DNA from: Macrostomum hystrix
Lineage: Eukaryota > Animalia > Platyhelminthes
DNA: 64,000 nucleotides
Direction of reading: 5' to 3'
NCBI GenBank assembly: GCA_950097015.1
Contig: CATNEN010000001.1
Span: forward strand, 8,680,001 to 8,744,000
In this document: one piece after another, positions 45,701 through 57,700 of the stretch
Layout: the number at the start of each line of letters is the position of its first letter
Numbering within the stretch: the first letter of the stretch is position 1
Translations under genes and position numbers: made by a program
The notes under the pieces: generated by a model
Databases searched by the model: none
Told to the model about the DNA's origin: nothing
What the model saw: only the letters and a program-made list of their open reading frames with translations

Positions 45701-47379
45701 GCAGCCAGCTCCCTGATGGGCCCGGGCCCGGAATCCCCGATCCCCGCCTCCGTTGTCAACTCCAGCATCAACCACTGGATGGAGACCCAGCACCGGAGGA
45801 GGTGGTCCAGCACCCTGAACTGTCGCCAGTCCAGGGCTGCGGTGCCAACCCCCTCTAGTAACCTGCGTAAGGCCTTACTCAGGCTAAACCGCAGAGACCT
45901 GAGAGCAGTCACCATGGCCCTTTCGGGACATGGCTGCTTCACCAGACACCGCTACCTCCAAGGCCACGTGCCTGAGGAAACGAGTCCTTTCTGCTGCTCC
46001 GGCCGTGAAAACGCCGAGCATTTCATTTGCCACTGCCCGGCCTTCACCCGGGCTAGGCTAAAACACCTCGGGCCGGCACCGACTCTTGCCGAAGCCTGCT
46101 CGCCCGAGAACATCCCTCAGCTCGCCCACTTCCTCCGGGATACCGGCCGAGCTGATTTCTTCCCAGCCTATGGCGAGGAAGATCGCGCGGCGGAACCGAC
46201 CGACGGACCACCCTGAGCGGCACCGCCTCGCTGGAGGCCGTCTGGCTGCCAGGGGTTAGCGATATGGGCGGCAACAGCCGCCTCCTCGCTGCGTCCGTCA
46301 TGGAGGCCCCCTGCCGCTAAGTCAAGTCAAGTCAAGTTGTTCACATCAAAAATATAAACAGAAATTACGAAAAACTATAGACACTCAGACTGGTCAGTTG
46401 GGCTCCATCCAGCAGACGACAATCAATGTAACCGGCTGTTACCGCATCGAGGTCGCTGGTGCCAAGGGTGGCGATAACACAATTGTGAGCAGCGCCAAGT
46501 TCGGTGGCAGAGGAGCTCTGGTTGCTGGAAACGCTAGCCTAACCAACGGCACAAAACTGTCCATCGTTGTCGGACAGGCGGGTGGTCCGGCTTCGAGATC
46601 GAACAGCGGAGCCGGTGGTGGCGGAGGCAGCTTCGTGTACCGAACTGTGGGCAGCCAGTTGCTGATGGCGGCTGGCGGTGGTGGTGGGGCGTCTTTTCGT
46701 CGAAATGGTGAGTTACAGGAGAAACTTGACGAGGATACTTGACGAGCTTGAAATCGTAGCTCTAAACGTCACAAAATTTTAGGACGTCCTGGTGAGGCTG
46801 GAGAAAACGGCTCGAACTCACAGGGCGGTGGCGGGGTAAGTTTTAATTGAGAACTCTCCCATTGTCGCGCTAATTTCGTTTCAAATGAAGTCATCTTTAT
46901 TTTCCAAATAATTGCCCAAAACAACAAACAACAACTAAATGTTCTAGTCATTGCTAATTGGCATGGGAGGCACTGGTGGAAGGCCTGGAAGACAAGATAC
47001 GTGGTATACTTCCGAGAGTTACTTCGGTGGATGTGGCGCTGGCTGGCTGGGCAAAGCAGCGCGGGGTTCCTGGACCGAGGATGGAAGCGGCGGCGGGAGC
47101 CGTGTCGAGAACTGGCTCGGAGGCCAAGCAGGAAGTGGAGGATCAGCCAAAGGTGGCTTTGGAGGCGGTGGTGGCGGCGCGTACAGCACTTCCTGGGACG
47201 GAGCAGCGGGAGCCGGAGGCGGCTTCAGTGGCGGCGGGGCTGGTCGCTACGGCGATCACGTCGGAGGTGGCGGCGGGTCCTACTGCGGTGGCAGCGGCTG
47301 CTTGGCCACGACTGGGGGCAACACTGGCTTTGACCACGGCTACGTTCTGCTGCGTCTGATTGCAGCCACCTGTGGCTGA
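39721..47379 (+). CDS. Secreted PAN/Apple-like + ALK/LTK-type glycine-rich protein D (409 aa), with a LINE in intron 2
   Basis: Exons 39721-39790, 39874-40221, 46381-46707, 46783-46835 and 46948-47379; in frame and GT-AG. Confidence 0.85.
40283..40516 (+). ncRNA. HDV-like self-cleaving ribozyme at the LINE 5' end
   Basis: Hand-folded. P1 GCUCGC(40283-88)/GCGAGU(40467-72) with G1-U wobble; P2 GCUG-CCCAU(40444-53)/AUGGG-CAGC(40505-16); P3 GGG/CCC with L3 UACACGU; P1.1 AC/GU; P4 GGCUG-CCC/GGG-CAGCC; J4/2 CAGA with catalytic C40501. Confidence 0.8.
40952..42499 (+). CDS. LINE ORF1 (disordered ends, central globular region resembling LOA-type ORF1/DUF4780)
   Basis: Open ~515-aa frame from ATG 40952, ending 12 nt before ORF2. 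TYAAIAR and RIFVP...[10 protein letters not shown] segments. The domain name is from memory, not a search. Confidence 0.85.
   Translation: MASSPSTAPAEDTMVPEAIHAAAPGLAGPATATNAALPNSRDDRGAKRSTTSGAAKRRRRMLAHGTSAPLTKDQAQARGAEGALPRAGAGAGGLVPPAQAPARGGAHDAPRPGSRAKEGPAPIRTAARPEGEAEAEGPVPTADADPEGGDATGQGPGPQATYAAIARRQPAVIITGRDGKRLSSEQLSDICRNIDAMLWQLQLKGEPLAVGASATRESCFVVWPGDAESGRRLLELLPTQSWAAGLEFLRENEPPKTKRHRIFVPAKSVVTSAEDLRRGLIAMNRELPTAGLIVHRTILRPDGTGFTAILGLSEQWTRRYPDGANICIGLWKTKIFAFEADKTRGQTGPTTVPANEGSSDPKAGTGGRAQSSRQKRPERAIAGGSERRPARVTKRRGLLQRASEVVRTAKMAQLRAEMRGGPPGQAPQPRATGEASEVPSSIEQGPSSAPPTAQGAVSAPVEGDSGPGLGAGGGDWAADAVEFPSPARGLGTEEPMATDIDPEEEDRLLAGSPSK
42512..46216 (+). CDS. LINE ORF2: APE endonuclease, reverse transcriptase, RNase H, degenerate CCHC
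   Basis: LVQEP, GDVNSH and SDH (APE); [29 protein letters not shown] and YADD (RT); YTDGS, SDSQAAL, WIPGHAG and [10 protein letters not shown] (RNase H); [14 protein letters not shown]. Confidence 0.97.
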   Translation: MMIHGISCLQVNTQHCVAASVNLMRTTERMMPGLVLVQEPWLSKNKPSNIPAGYDCFCMADSVRPRSLIYAAKALNAWMRPDLSNGDICVIQSAHIVPNKLTLVASAYLAGDAPVVSDTLVALCEFARARNFELLLAGDVNSHHTHWGSSKINDRGEELLAFVSGTPLNFCNVGNTPTFDNGRWAEVLDVTLASPGILPRVLGWEVWETESSLSDHRFIRFNIGTPDKKQKPIWRRNVRNTDWPAFSQKLHEGLRDSDPSMAMETTQDLDGVAALLGGAITEAYEMACPLKAYKGKKSAPWWNPELGILRRRAKALQRKLKTSHDPDDKEAYTRAIHEFKGRVRRAKANKWRQYCEGLEGSRPTARVVKALTNDRFSKLSSIKKPDGSITERPEETLELMLGHFFPSVPAHFGPDDHSRGGQGLAQSLVTNDRIVRAAKSFNPFKAPGPDGIYPAFLHEAVKNGRFLHLLCRLLRACIVLGYVPARWHEARVVFIPKPAKGDYRSVKSYRPISLTSTCLKLMERLVLWRLLTVELGRAPLSPNQHAFRAGRSTESALHCIVETLEKAVLGSGFALAVFLDIEGAFDNVIFEAFEKALVSRATHPHLVRWVMYMIRNRHVVAHLEGRVLSAPVLKGGPQGGVLTPLLWNLVMDELLKSTRPDPVLKVGYADDVTAICAGPSAETTRDLIQGFINRAVRWADQCGLRLSESKTVAVMFTSRLRWTIEPLTLYGKNIAMEKQVRCLGILLDHRLNWTPHITTKAKRALAILAQVRRAVGTTWGLTPKNLWWIYTAIIRPSVAYAGLIWASAMSIQKNLEALYRVQGRACRMTLGAPPSTPFEGMNAFLNATPIDIFVKGEAAKSTRRLLDAGVSFQNSRAFSKRSLLPHSDLCLKTLGECGGLTILSDGAPATLLRSHRYKVSIFPRNEVKDCWDDPAVHCYTDGSLMNGKSGFGVCVASGGEVLWTHSQHCGKSSSVFQNEMLAISFCAAELRQRQLAGRRIFFHSDSQAALKALSRCTSRSRTTLDCNTQLNGLAQSNKVELMWIPGHAGLTGNEMADELAKAGAASSLMGPGPESPIPASVVNSSINHWMETQHRRRWSSTLNCRQSRAAVPTPSSNLRKALLRLNRRDLRAVTMALSGHGCFTRHRYLQGHVPEETSPFCCSGRENAEHFICHCPAFTRARLKHLGPAPTLAEACSPENIPQLAHFLRDTGRADFFPAYGEEDRAAEPTDGPP

Positions 47380-48781
47380 CGACGCGATTATAAAATGACA
47401 TATTTTCATAAAAATTTTATACTTTACAACTTATTAACCCGTAAGTTCTATTCTCAGCTCTATAGAATTTATATAATTTCCGAGTGCTTCAGTTCACCAA
47501 CCTATGAATCAGTTTCCACTCGTAGCATAAGCTGGAGTAGGATGTTTGGGTGCGACTGGCTGCCTTCCCAGTCCATGGACTGAACAGATATACACCGCGC
47601 AACAATACAGATGTGCCACTACATGTACATCCGGCCACTTTCAAACAGCATCTCCTAAAAGTACACATTCTCCTTTATAATTTGTAAATTGTGCACAAAG
47701 CTTGCTAACTATGTTACTTACAAGTAGTATCCATCTGGTAATTATGTAATATGTTATGTTTCTTTCTTGTGTTTTACCGAGAGCACAATTAATAAAACTA
47801 TTTTTTCCTGACTATTCTCTCTCATATAAAATGTAATTTTTTCTACTGACCGGAGATCGGAGAAGAAGAGATTACGCAAATGGTTACGCAATTTCATCTA
47901 TTCTAGTACTGGTTTGTCTGCATAAAACTAGCTCTATTATCATTGCATCAAAAATTATTCAGTGATCTTCAACGGTTGGTAAGCTTAGAGACTTTCAATT
48001 AATCGATATTTCACTTCGCAGAGTTAAAATCTTTATCAGTCAATAGCTACGAAGATGATCGTCATCCTGATTTTAAAGCAATTAGGAAAAATGCAACTGA
48101 TTTCTATTACAAAATGGTAGACAATGGCTATCAAATATGACAGTTTCATAACTCGAACACCGAACGGCTGATAGTTGGTTGCAGCGGAGCTTTTGGCACT
48201 GACGTCATTTGATGCCACTCGACCCACAGCCAGCGAGGAGGATGACTCGCCGCCTGAGCACACCTTACACAGGTGGTGTACAGCTGTCTATCCTTAATTT
48301 TCTCGGGTTCATACAGTGTACATCCCCGACTTTTTTGAATGCGGCAACACCAAAACCGAGTTTAGTCAGATAAAAGTGCATTCTGTGGAGCACGTCAGCC
48401 ATAAAACTGTCGCTAATAGAATACTGGGTGGGGTCCCACGCTAGCCACGCCCGAAATTCAGCCCCGTCCTTCAATTAAATGCGAGATTTCATGTCTAGCA
48501 ACTGTTTCCTGTCTCTTCTAAAGAAAACACGAGTAGAAAAGGAACACCCATAAATGTCTGCTATCCCAGCATCTGCCTGCCCTTTTAACCAATTTTCCCA
48601 TTCGATCCCCAGCTTAAAGGCCTCACCCAATCCACCCATCCGGCTTCCTCCAATCTCAATCCAACCTCTTTGAATGCAAGATTTTATCTTGACGAAACCG
48701 ATCTAGCAAGAGCAGCACGTACTGTTCGTGACCATTATTTTTTATTTTCTGTCCAAGAAAAAATTATTTTCTGCTTCAGAA

Positions 48782-51700
48782 ATGGACAACGAAGAGCTGG
48801 TTGGATCCAAGCTTCCACCGCTGCCGCCTCGGTATCGACTGAGGGATGTCATCTTGGGAGCTGACTACGGCGCTGGCGATGACGAGTCTGACAGGTGAGT
48901 CGCGTGTACAGTATGACGTCCTGAGGCTTCGAGGACTTCAATTGTAAACTTGATCAATAAAATAGCTAGATAGACCTGACAATCAGTCCTGTCAGGCCAG
49001 GTGTACGCTCGTACAGCCGGTGTCACAGCTGCGACTATTGAGCATACGTTTACGTACAGCTAGCTGTTCAGTCCATGGACAGAGAAGGCCGCCACACTCA
49101 CCTGAATTTCTACCCCTGCGAATGGTGGTGCCCCCATTTCACAGCTGGGTGAACGGAAGTACTAGAAAAGGACAGATATTTGCTCATATTCGCAATTCGT
49201 TTCCATTCGGTCTAAAGCGTTTGCCTCTCGCACAAAGGTACCTGAGCTCGATTCCGGAGCGAAGCCACATTCATATGAGACGCAGCCGTGGAGAGAAGGC
49301 TTGGGGGCTTGTCGTGCGATTTACGCCATTAGGGCCAATCTCCAAGGCACAGTGAGAGTGTACTCTGCCTGACGATGAGAAAGTCAGGGCAGTTGTCCAC
49401 ACCTGTGTGAGCAGTATCTGTGTGCGTGCGTGTTCAGGAGTCAGCGAAATCGGCAGAACTGCTTCCTCGCTGGCTGCGGACATAATGTCACCAAATGATG
49501 TGCAATTGACCGCAGCCCTCCTGCAATTATTATGTCTTTTATCAGTTTCTCTTGGGCTGAGATACGAACTCCCGACCTCTTGGTCAGAAGTCAAACACTC
49601 TAACGACTGGGCTGCAGTTTTCGTAAGAACGTCAAGACGGTCTCTTGCAGCGAAGACTCCTTTATAATCTATAAGAAACACCGAAGGTGACGTCCATTGT
49701 TAAAACAACTAAATTTAATCGATATTTCATTGGTGACGCCATGATGGGATGACGGGACGCAAAAAACGTTACTATAAAATCGGTTCCAATCTACTTTTTT
49801 TAAACATCAGCCATTTAATGAAGTCAAATGCAAAAGTGTGTTTGGTATACAAAAGATACGAAAATTTATCTTTATTTTAACTGGAATTTCTCAGCCCTAT
49901 AAAAGGCACTTGGTGTTCAATGGATGAAATTAGTTTAATCCAAGGCCCGAGAGGATAAATCACTAATTTATCATCTATGCAAACAGTCTCTCACAAGCGG
50001 CCTTACTAATGTAAACACCATAGCACGCTAGCCTTTCTTACGTATCAATCCGAAATGAGCCGTATTGCAAATATTAGCTAGGTGGTCAATATAATTACGA
50101 AATCGATTTGACTTCTGTTCTACTGGGCTATGAGGTCTGGACTAAAGGCAAGCATTTTGCATAGAATCAATCTTAGACACTCACTCTGTGAAGCAGATAC
50201 TTGAATAGATACGAGCTAGAACTTAGATTAATTGCACATTTGCTAGATAGAGAAAGCAACTAATTTAATTTGCACTTTTGTGTCGGAATGTATTCACCGA
50301 GTTTAAGTGTCACTCATTAAATTCCTATCCCAGCAACACTACTTAGTTCAGTTTAATTCAGTAGTAAGATGAGTAAAACTGTTCAGTCCATGGACCGGGT
50401 AATTTCAGTTCCTGCTACCATTTTACAGGTGCGATGATGGATAGAGAAATCTGTTCGGCAGGAAATTTTCAATTTCGTATCGATCTAATCTATTAGATCA
50501 CTATCACTTTACTGTGCTCAAGAAAAAATTTAATAACGTTGTTATCGTAGAAATTTTGCTCTTAACTCCAACATTGTCCTCCCACACAGTCGAACCACTC
50601 CTCTTAACCTAATGACCTATGTGCATCTGCCATGACTTTCTCATCGTCAGGCAGTGTACATTTTCACTGCGCCTTGGAGGTTGGCCCTCAAGGGCGTAAA
50701 TTGCGCGACACGCCCCCAAGCCTTCTCCCCGCGGGGCTGCGCCCTAAATGAATGTGGCCTCGCCGCGGAATCGAGCTCAGGGACCTTGGTGCGAGAGGCA
50801 AACGCGTTAATCGCTCTGCCACTCACCCCTAATCAATAGATTTTTCAAAACTAAATTGTCAATAATAACAGCGTGATGCTTTGAGGATAAGTCAATGTGC
50901 ATCCGGTCTGTTGTTCTTCGGACATTGTATAGTCAAGTGGACCAGTTGTCTTCTAATTTCTAGTTGAATAAAGTACGCACTCAGACACAATGGGACACAC
51001 AAGTCATGCTTAGAATGGACACACCGGCTGCTGCTGCTGCTGCTACTGTTATTCTCAGAAGTGAATTCCATAGTCAATCCAACAACCCCAGCACCCACAC
51101 GTGCTTGCAGAGACCCAATGCTCCCAATTGAATGCTCTGTGAATTAGAACTGGTCACACACAAAGTTGGTCCTCTCTCTCTCTCTCACAGCCCTCCATTC
51201 TACCCCAAATCTCCCTAACTCCCAAACTTCATGCACCACCTCCCGCGTGTCTCCAACCCGACGGCCCTCTCCCCCACACCTGGTGGCTCCCCGCCAACCT
51301 CAACTCTAAGCGGCATTTTTTTTCTCAACGGCGATACACAATTTGAGGAAAGAATGAGCCAGGTAGGTATAGGACAGAAACACTATTAACAGCTAGCTAT
51401 ATAAAATGAGGACGTTCAGAACTAGAGCGGACTGACAGACCCGGACGCAGCCCAGTAATACCTGCTGTTGACTCTGCACTGCTTTTATTACAGCAAACTT
51501 TTTTAATCCCAGGTTTGACAGACAATAAAAGCTTATAGAAATCTGAGATTCTGCGAAGCACATTGTGCGTCTTTCTAAAAAGAGATTCAATCCATTATTG
51601 GCACGGTCAGTGAGTTAATTAATTCATGGCTTTCATTCTCAATCATTATTAACTTTCCTAGCAGTGACCATTTTACGTCCCTACATTTCTTACCTGATTT

Positions 51701-54700
51701 TTAGTTCTTCAGTCGTCACTTATTGTGAGGCCTATAGGCAGCTGCGTCAGCGGGCATAACAGCTGTCAATTTTATCCCGATTACAAAGTGCCTCGTCTTT
51801 TTCTGCTCCATCTCATTCGCCTCGACTACGGCATCATCGCATTGGGGAAGACAGGCGGCCTATCGCTCCCATCTCTCTCTCCCCAATTCCTTTCTAGAAG
51901 CAATGGCAAAAACTGCTCCTTCTAATGCCAGCGAGACTCAACGCGAAAAGCTGATAGAGCTTTGAGAAGAAGAGAAAACCAGCTGGGAGAAGGGGGAAGA
52001 GATCCCATGTGAGTGGTTCGACTTGCCGCAACCCCCCTCACGACCCCCCCTAGTAGGAGACGAGGCACAAGAACACGCAGTCTCACTTCCCTCGCCCCCT
52101 CCCCTCCGCCGAGAGCAGCCAACCCCAGCTCCTCCATTGAAATCTGCCTCACTGAGCCCACAATGAGCTGGTGGTTCGCCAGATGCCGAGACACCGGCAG
52201 CAGAAGGGTTGGCAACAGAGCAGCCGAATCGACTAAGAATCAGCGAGGCTTCGGCGCCACCGCCAAAGGCAGGCAAAAATCGGGCTTCATTGAGCAGAGC
52301 ATTCGCGACTACATGTTGATGCCGTTTCAGTTTCCCGACCAGGACTTTGAGCAGTGAGTTTCGATAGCTTTCAAGAGAAAAACAACTTCTAGGCTTCACC
52401 CAGCTGTCAAATTGGTGCCAGCATTTGCAGTTGATCTAGAAATTTCGGGTTTTGCTCTCCTACTTTCACAGTCGGTGGACTGAACAGCTGTACGAAATCT
52501 GGCACAGTTGAGCTGCAATTATAAGTATATTATGAGTATATTATAAGTCTGAGTCTGAGCATTCGTGTGTGTGTGTGTGCTCAGGGGTCTGCAGAATGGA
52601 CAGAGTGGCCTCATCGCTGGCTGTGGGTCGACTGTCGGGTACCCACAGGACCCAATGATGATATTTGGTGACACTAGACCCGCAGTCAGCGAGGAGGCAA
52701 TTCCGCCCATTCGGCTGACTCCTGAGCACACGCACATAGATACTGTACGCAGACACACACTCACAGAGGGCGTGTAATCTGCCCTGACTTTCTCATCATC
52801 AGGCAGTGTACACTCTCACGGTGTCTTGGAGGTCGAGAAAGGCACGACAACCCTCCCTTCTCTTCGCGGCTGCGCCCCAAATAAATGTGGTCTCGCCGCG
52901 GAATCGAGCTCATTTCGGAAGGCAAACGCGTCAGACCGTTCTGCCACCGCCCCCCCTCCCGCCGGGCTCCATCTAATCAACTAATATTATATCAGGCCCG
53001 GTGGCTGTCGCCCCACTGTTCCGCAGGGTCCGGGTCGAGTTCTTCACCAACGAACGCTCGTTAAAGGAGCGACTACAGTTGTACTTTATCAAGAACCAAC
53101 GCTCCAGTCTGCGGATTCGCATCTTCAACTTTGTCATCAAGGTTCTCACGTGTGTCCTGTACGTTATACGGGTGATTAACGATAATCCAAAAGCGGACGG
53201 AATGTCGTGGTGAGTTTCTTAATGTTAGATGATGCCTGTTACGATCTAATCACATGACGTCAGATATGGCTAGATTATAAAAATAGCGATTCTTCCATTT
53301 TTCTCACCCATTGTCTTTCATGTGATTATCATTCGTCTTTTTTACAATGTGAAGGCAAGATGTTGACTGCATTATGCCGTTGTTCTCTAGATAAATCGTA
53401 AAATAGATTAGATTTTTTCAACGTAATGAATTTACACTCGCGAGAATTTCATCTCAGAAGCGTACTATAGTCTCTAACAATGCTTTTTTAATCACATTAT
53501 CACTGTTCCAGCATTTTTCAGATTAGAGGCATTACGAACTGATCATTTACTCAGTTTAAAAGTGCATTTCAATAATGAACAAATTTATGATATACCACCA
53601 GTTGATGACAGCTCATGTGCTATGACTCATACAGTTTTTTCTAATGCAATTATCATGCAAATTGGAGCAAGTTCACTGTCATATGGAACTTGGGTGTGCA
53701 TGAGCCAAGGGTTGGAATTGCAAATTAGCTTTGGGGGTAATTCTGATCGAAAATGATATGCTCGTGTCAGAAAATTTATTCTTAATTGCCTGTATGAAGG
53801 GTACGCATAAACATGAGCAGTGTCTACTCAATGGTATGAGCAGTGTCTAATCAATGGTATGAGCAGTGTCTACTCAATGGTATGGGCAGTGTCTACTCAA
53901 TGGTATGAGCAGTGTCTACTCAATGGTATGAGCAGTGTCTACTCAATGGTATGAGCAGTGTCTACTCAATGGTATGGGCAGTGTCTACTCAATGGTATGA
54001 GCAGTGTCTACTCAATGGTATGAGCAGTGTCTACTCAATGGTATGAGCAGTGTCTACTCAATGGTATGAGCAGTGTCTACTCAATGGTATGAGCAGTGTC
54101 TACTCAATGGTATGGGCAGTGTCTACTCAATGGTATGAGCAGTGTCTACTCAATGGTATGAGCAGTGTCTACTCAATGGTATGAGCAGTGTCTACTCAAT
54201 GGTATGAGCAGTGTCTACTCAATGGTATGAGCAGTGTCTACTCAATGGTATGAGCAGTGTCTACTCAATGGTATGAGCAGTGTCTACTCAATGGTATGAG
54301 CAGTGTCTACTCAATGGTATGAGCAGTGTCTACTCATAAATATGAGCAGTGTCTACTCATAAATATGAGCAGTGTCTACACATAAATATGAGCAGTGTCT
54401 ACACATAAGTATGAGCAGTGTCTACTCATAAGTATGAGCAGTGTCTACTCATAAATATGAGCAGTGTCTACTCATAAATATGAGCAGTGTCTGCTCAATT
54501 GTATGAGCTGTATTTACTCAATAGTATTAGCAGTGTATACCCTAAGTGGGAATATAGTTAGTTATAGTGATGTACTTTAATTCAAAGTCAGATTAACTAG
54601 TAAGTTACCAATTGAAACAATGTTCAAAATTGTCCCTTTTTATAGTGCAAACCTGGATTTGAAAATCTCATAAACCTCGTTTGATTTAGATCACGTGATC

Positions 54701-57700
54701 AGGCCCGAGTATTTCACTTTGCTCCGAGGAAAAACTGCCTTCAAGCTATCGACTTCCGTTGGTGCTGAATTTGATTAGATGTACTCGTAATGATCGCAAA
54801 AAAAATTCATAGCACGGTTAATTAGTGGCAATAGCTCACAAGAGAAGAGATTGAGAGTGCAGCGCAACGCATTCTGAAGCTCTAATTAAAATAAGGCCTA
54901 ATTACATGTAGGAGTGACAGAGTGGTCTAAGCGTCTGCCTCTCGCACCAAGGTCCCTGAGCTCGATTCCGCGGCGAGGCCACATTAAATTGTTTGGGGGC
55001 TTGTCGAGCAGTGAGAGTGTACACTGCCTGACGATGAGAAAGTCGGGGCAGATGTACACACCTGTGTGCGTGTGTGCTCAGGACTCAGCGGAATGGGCAG
55101 AATTGTCTCCTCGCTGGCTGCGGGTCTAGTGTCACCAAATGATGTGCCATTGCCCGCAGCCCTCCTGAAATTATTATTATTATTATTATTTACATAAAAA
55201 TTCAGTTTATCAAAGTTCAACGATTTTCAAGCAAGGAACCTTGTGTTTTTTGGCTTACAAAAAGCACTGTTGAGTTTCTAAGAAAGTCAGCCGTTTTCAA
55301 CGAATCCTGGATCATTTCTTAGAAAGCTGCGTAATTTCTAACAAAAAACTTGTCTTGACGAATAGAAAGAGAAAAATAATTAATGTATCCTAGCAACAAT
55401 CAGATCACCCTTAGATTAGCTATCGCAAGTTTATTATGTAAATCGATTTAATGCCACTAAGTGGTTCGTCATAAATTATTCATTAGTTAAATAATAAATG
55501 TATTATCAAAATTATTTGAGTAGCTGTACCTGTGGATAAACAAATACGCGCAGTAATCCGATTAGAATAAATATAATGCAGGGCTTCAAATAGGCCCTAA
55601 TGTATGAATTCTCATTTTGTTTACTCAACACATTGGCTCAATTCTCACAGCCTCCTATTTGGTTTCTGTTTGCCCTTGACACCTCGCTCTTCTCTTCTCT
55701 TCCCCTGTCTCAATCGCATCTATGCATAGCTTGTCTTGCACTGCATGGCCCAAGTACATTTTGATAAAATTATAGCTAAACTAAAATGAGATTGCATTGA
55801 GTTTCTGTTTTGAAATACATTTTCGTTGATTTTTTGCGAAGTTTCATTATTAGGCAAAAAGTATGAGCAGTGTCTACTCAGTGGTATGAGCAGTGTCTAC
55901 TCAGTGGTATGAGCAGTGTCTACTCATAAGCACGAGCAGTGTCTACTCAGTGCTATGAGCAGTGTCTACTCATAAGTATGAGCAGTGTCTACTCAGTGCT
56001 ATGAGCAGTGTCTACTCATAAGTATGAGCAGTGTGTACTCAGTGGTATGAGCAGTGTCTACTCATAAGTATGAGCAGTGTCTACTCATAAGTATGAGCAG
56101 TGTCTACTCATAAGTATGAGCAGTGTGTACTCAGTGCTATGAGCAGTGTCTACTCATAAGTATGAGCAGTGTGTACTCAGTGGTATGAGCAGTGTCTACT
56201 CATAAGTATGAGCAGTGTGTACTCAGTGGTATGAGCAGTATCTACTCAGTGCTATGAGAAGTGTCTACTCAGTGGTATGAGCAGTGTCTACTCAGTGGTA
56301 TGAGCAGTGTCTACTCAGTGGTATGAGCAGTGTCTACTCATAAGTATGAGCAGTGTGTACTCAGTGGTATAAGCAGTGTCTACTCATAAGTATGAGCAGT
56401 GTGTACTCAGTGGTATGAGCAGTGTCTACTCAATGGTATGAGCAGTGTCTACTCAATGGTATGAGCAGTGTCTACTCAATGGTATGAGCAGTGTCTACTC
56501 AATGGTATGAGCAGTGTCTACTCATAAATATGAGCAGTGTCTACTCATAAATATGAGCAGTGTCTACTCAATGGTATGAGCAGTGTCTACTCAATGGTAT
56601 GAGCAGTGTCTACTCAATGGTATGAGCAGTGTCTACTCATAAATATGAGCAGTGTCTACTCATAAGTATGAGCAGTGTCTACTCAATGGTATGAGCAGTG
56701 TCTACTCATAAGCACGAGCAGTGTCTACTCAGTGGTATGAGCAGTGTCTACTCAGTGGTATGAGCAGTGTCTACTCAGTGGTATGAGCAGTGTCTACTCA
56801 TAAGTATGAGCAGTGTGTACTCAGTGGTATGAGCAGTGTCTACTCATAAGTATGAGCAGTGTGTACTCAGTGGTATGAGCAGTGTCTACTCATAAGTATG
56901 AGCAGTGTCTACTCATAAGTATGAGCAGTGTGTACTCAGTGGTATGAGCAGTATCTACTCAGTGCTATGAGAAGTGTCTACTCAGTGGTATGAGCAGTGT
57001 CTACTCAGTGGTATGAGCAGTGTCTACTCAGTGGTATGAGCAGTGTCTACTCATAAGTATGAGCAGTGTGTACTCAGTGGTATGAGCAGTGTCTACTCAT
57101 AAGTATGAGCAGTGTGTACTCAGTGGTATGAGCAGTGTCTACTCATAAGTATGAGCAGTGTGTACTCAGTGGTATGAGCAGTATCTACTCAGTGCTATGA
57201 GAAGTGTCTACTCAGTGGTATGAGCAGTGTCTACTCAGTGGTATGAGCAGTGTCTACTCAGTAGTATGAGCAGTGTCTACTCATAAGTATGAGCAGTGTG
57301 TACTCAGTGGTATGAGCAGTGTCTACTCATAAGTATGAGCAGTGTCTACTCATAAGTATGAGCAGTGTCTACTCATAAGTATGAGCAGTGTGTACTCAGT
57401 GGTATGAGCAGTATCTACTCAGTGCTATGAGAAGTGTCTACTCATAAGCACGAGCAGTGTCTACTCAGTGGTATGAGCAGTGTCTACTCAATGGTATGAG
57501 CAGTGTCTACTCAATGGTATGAGCAGTGTCTACTCAATGGTATGAGCAGTGTCTACTCAATGGTATGAGCAGTGTCTACTCATAAATATGAGCAGTGTCT
57601 ACTCATAAATATGAGCAGTGTCTACTCAATGGTATGAGCAGTGTCTACTCAATGGTATGAGCAGTGTCTACTCATAAATATGAGCAGTGTCTACTCATAA

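Larger units (their letters stand above)
40283..46335 (+). mobile_element. Full-length LOA/R1-group non-LTR retrotransposon
   Basis: 12-bp TSD GTTGTTCACATC (40271-40282, 46336-46347), two open ORFs, an (AAGTC)n 3' tail, and GC-rich relative to host DNA. Confidence 0.95.

Noticed and set aside
40918-46301. Multiple antisense and alternate-frame ORFs over the LINE
   Set aside because: Expected shadows of GC-rich coding sequence, with no recognisable motifs.
12190-47379. 'Split ALK receptor' made of the soluble ALK-like ectodomains plus the neighbouring kinases
   Set aside because: The kinases have HRDLKSCN (Ser/Thr, TKL-like), not the HRDIAARN of ALK. No TM exon links them and the orientation and order are incompatible. 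Only proximity supports the idea.
55015-55060. Hammerhead core CTGACGA...GAAA in the SINE
   Set aside because: There is no stem II, stem III or NUH arrangement. CTGAC pairs with the downstream GTC(A/G)G as a plain hairpin.
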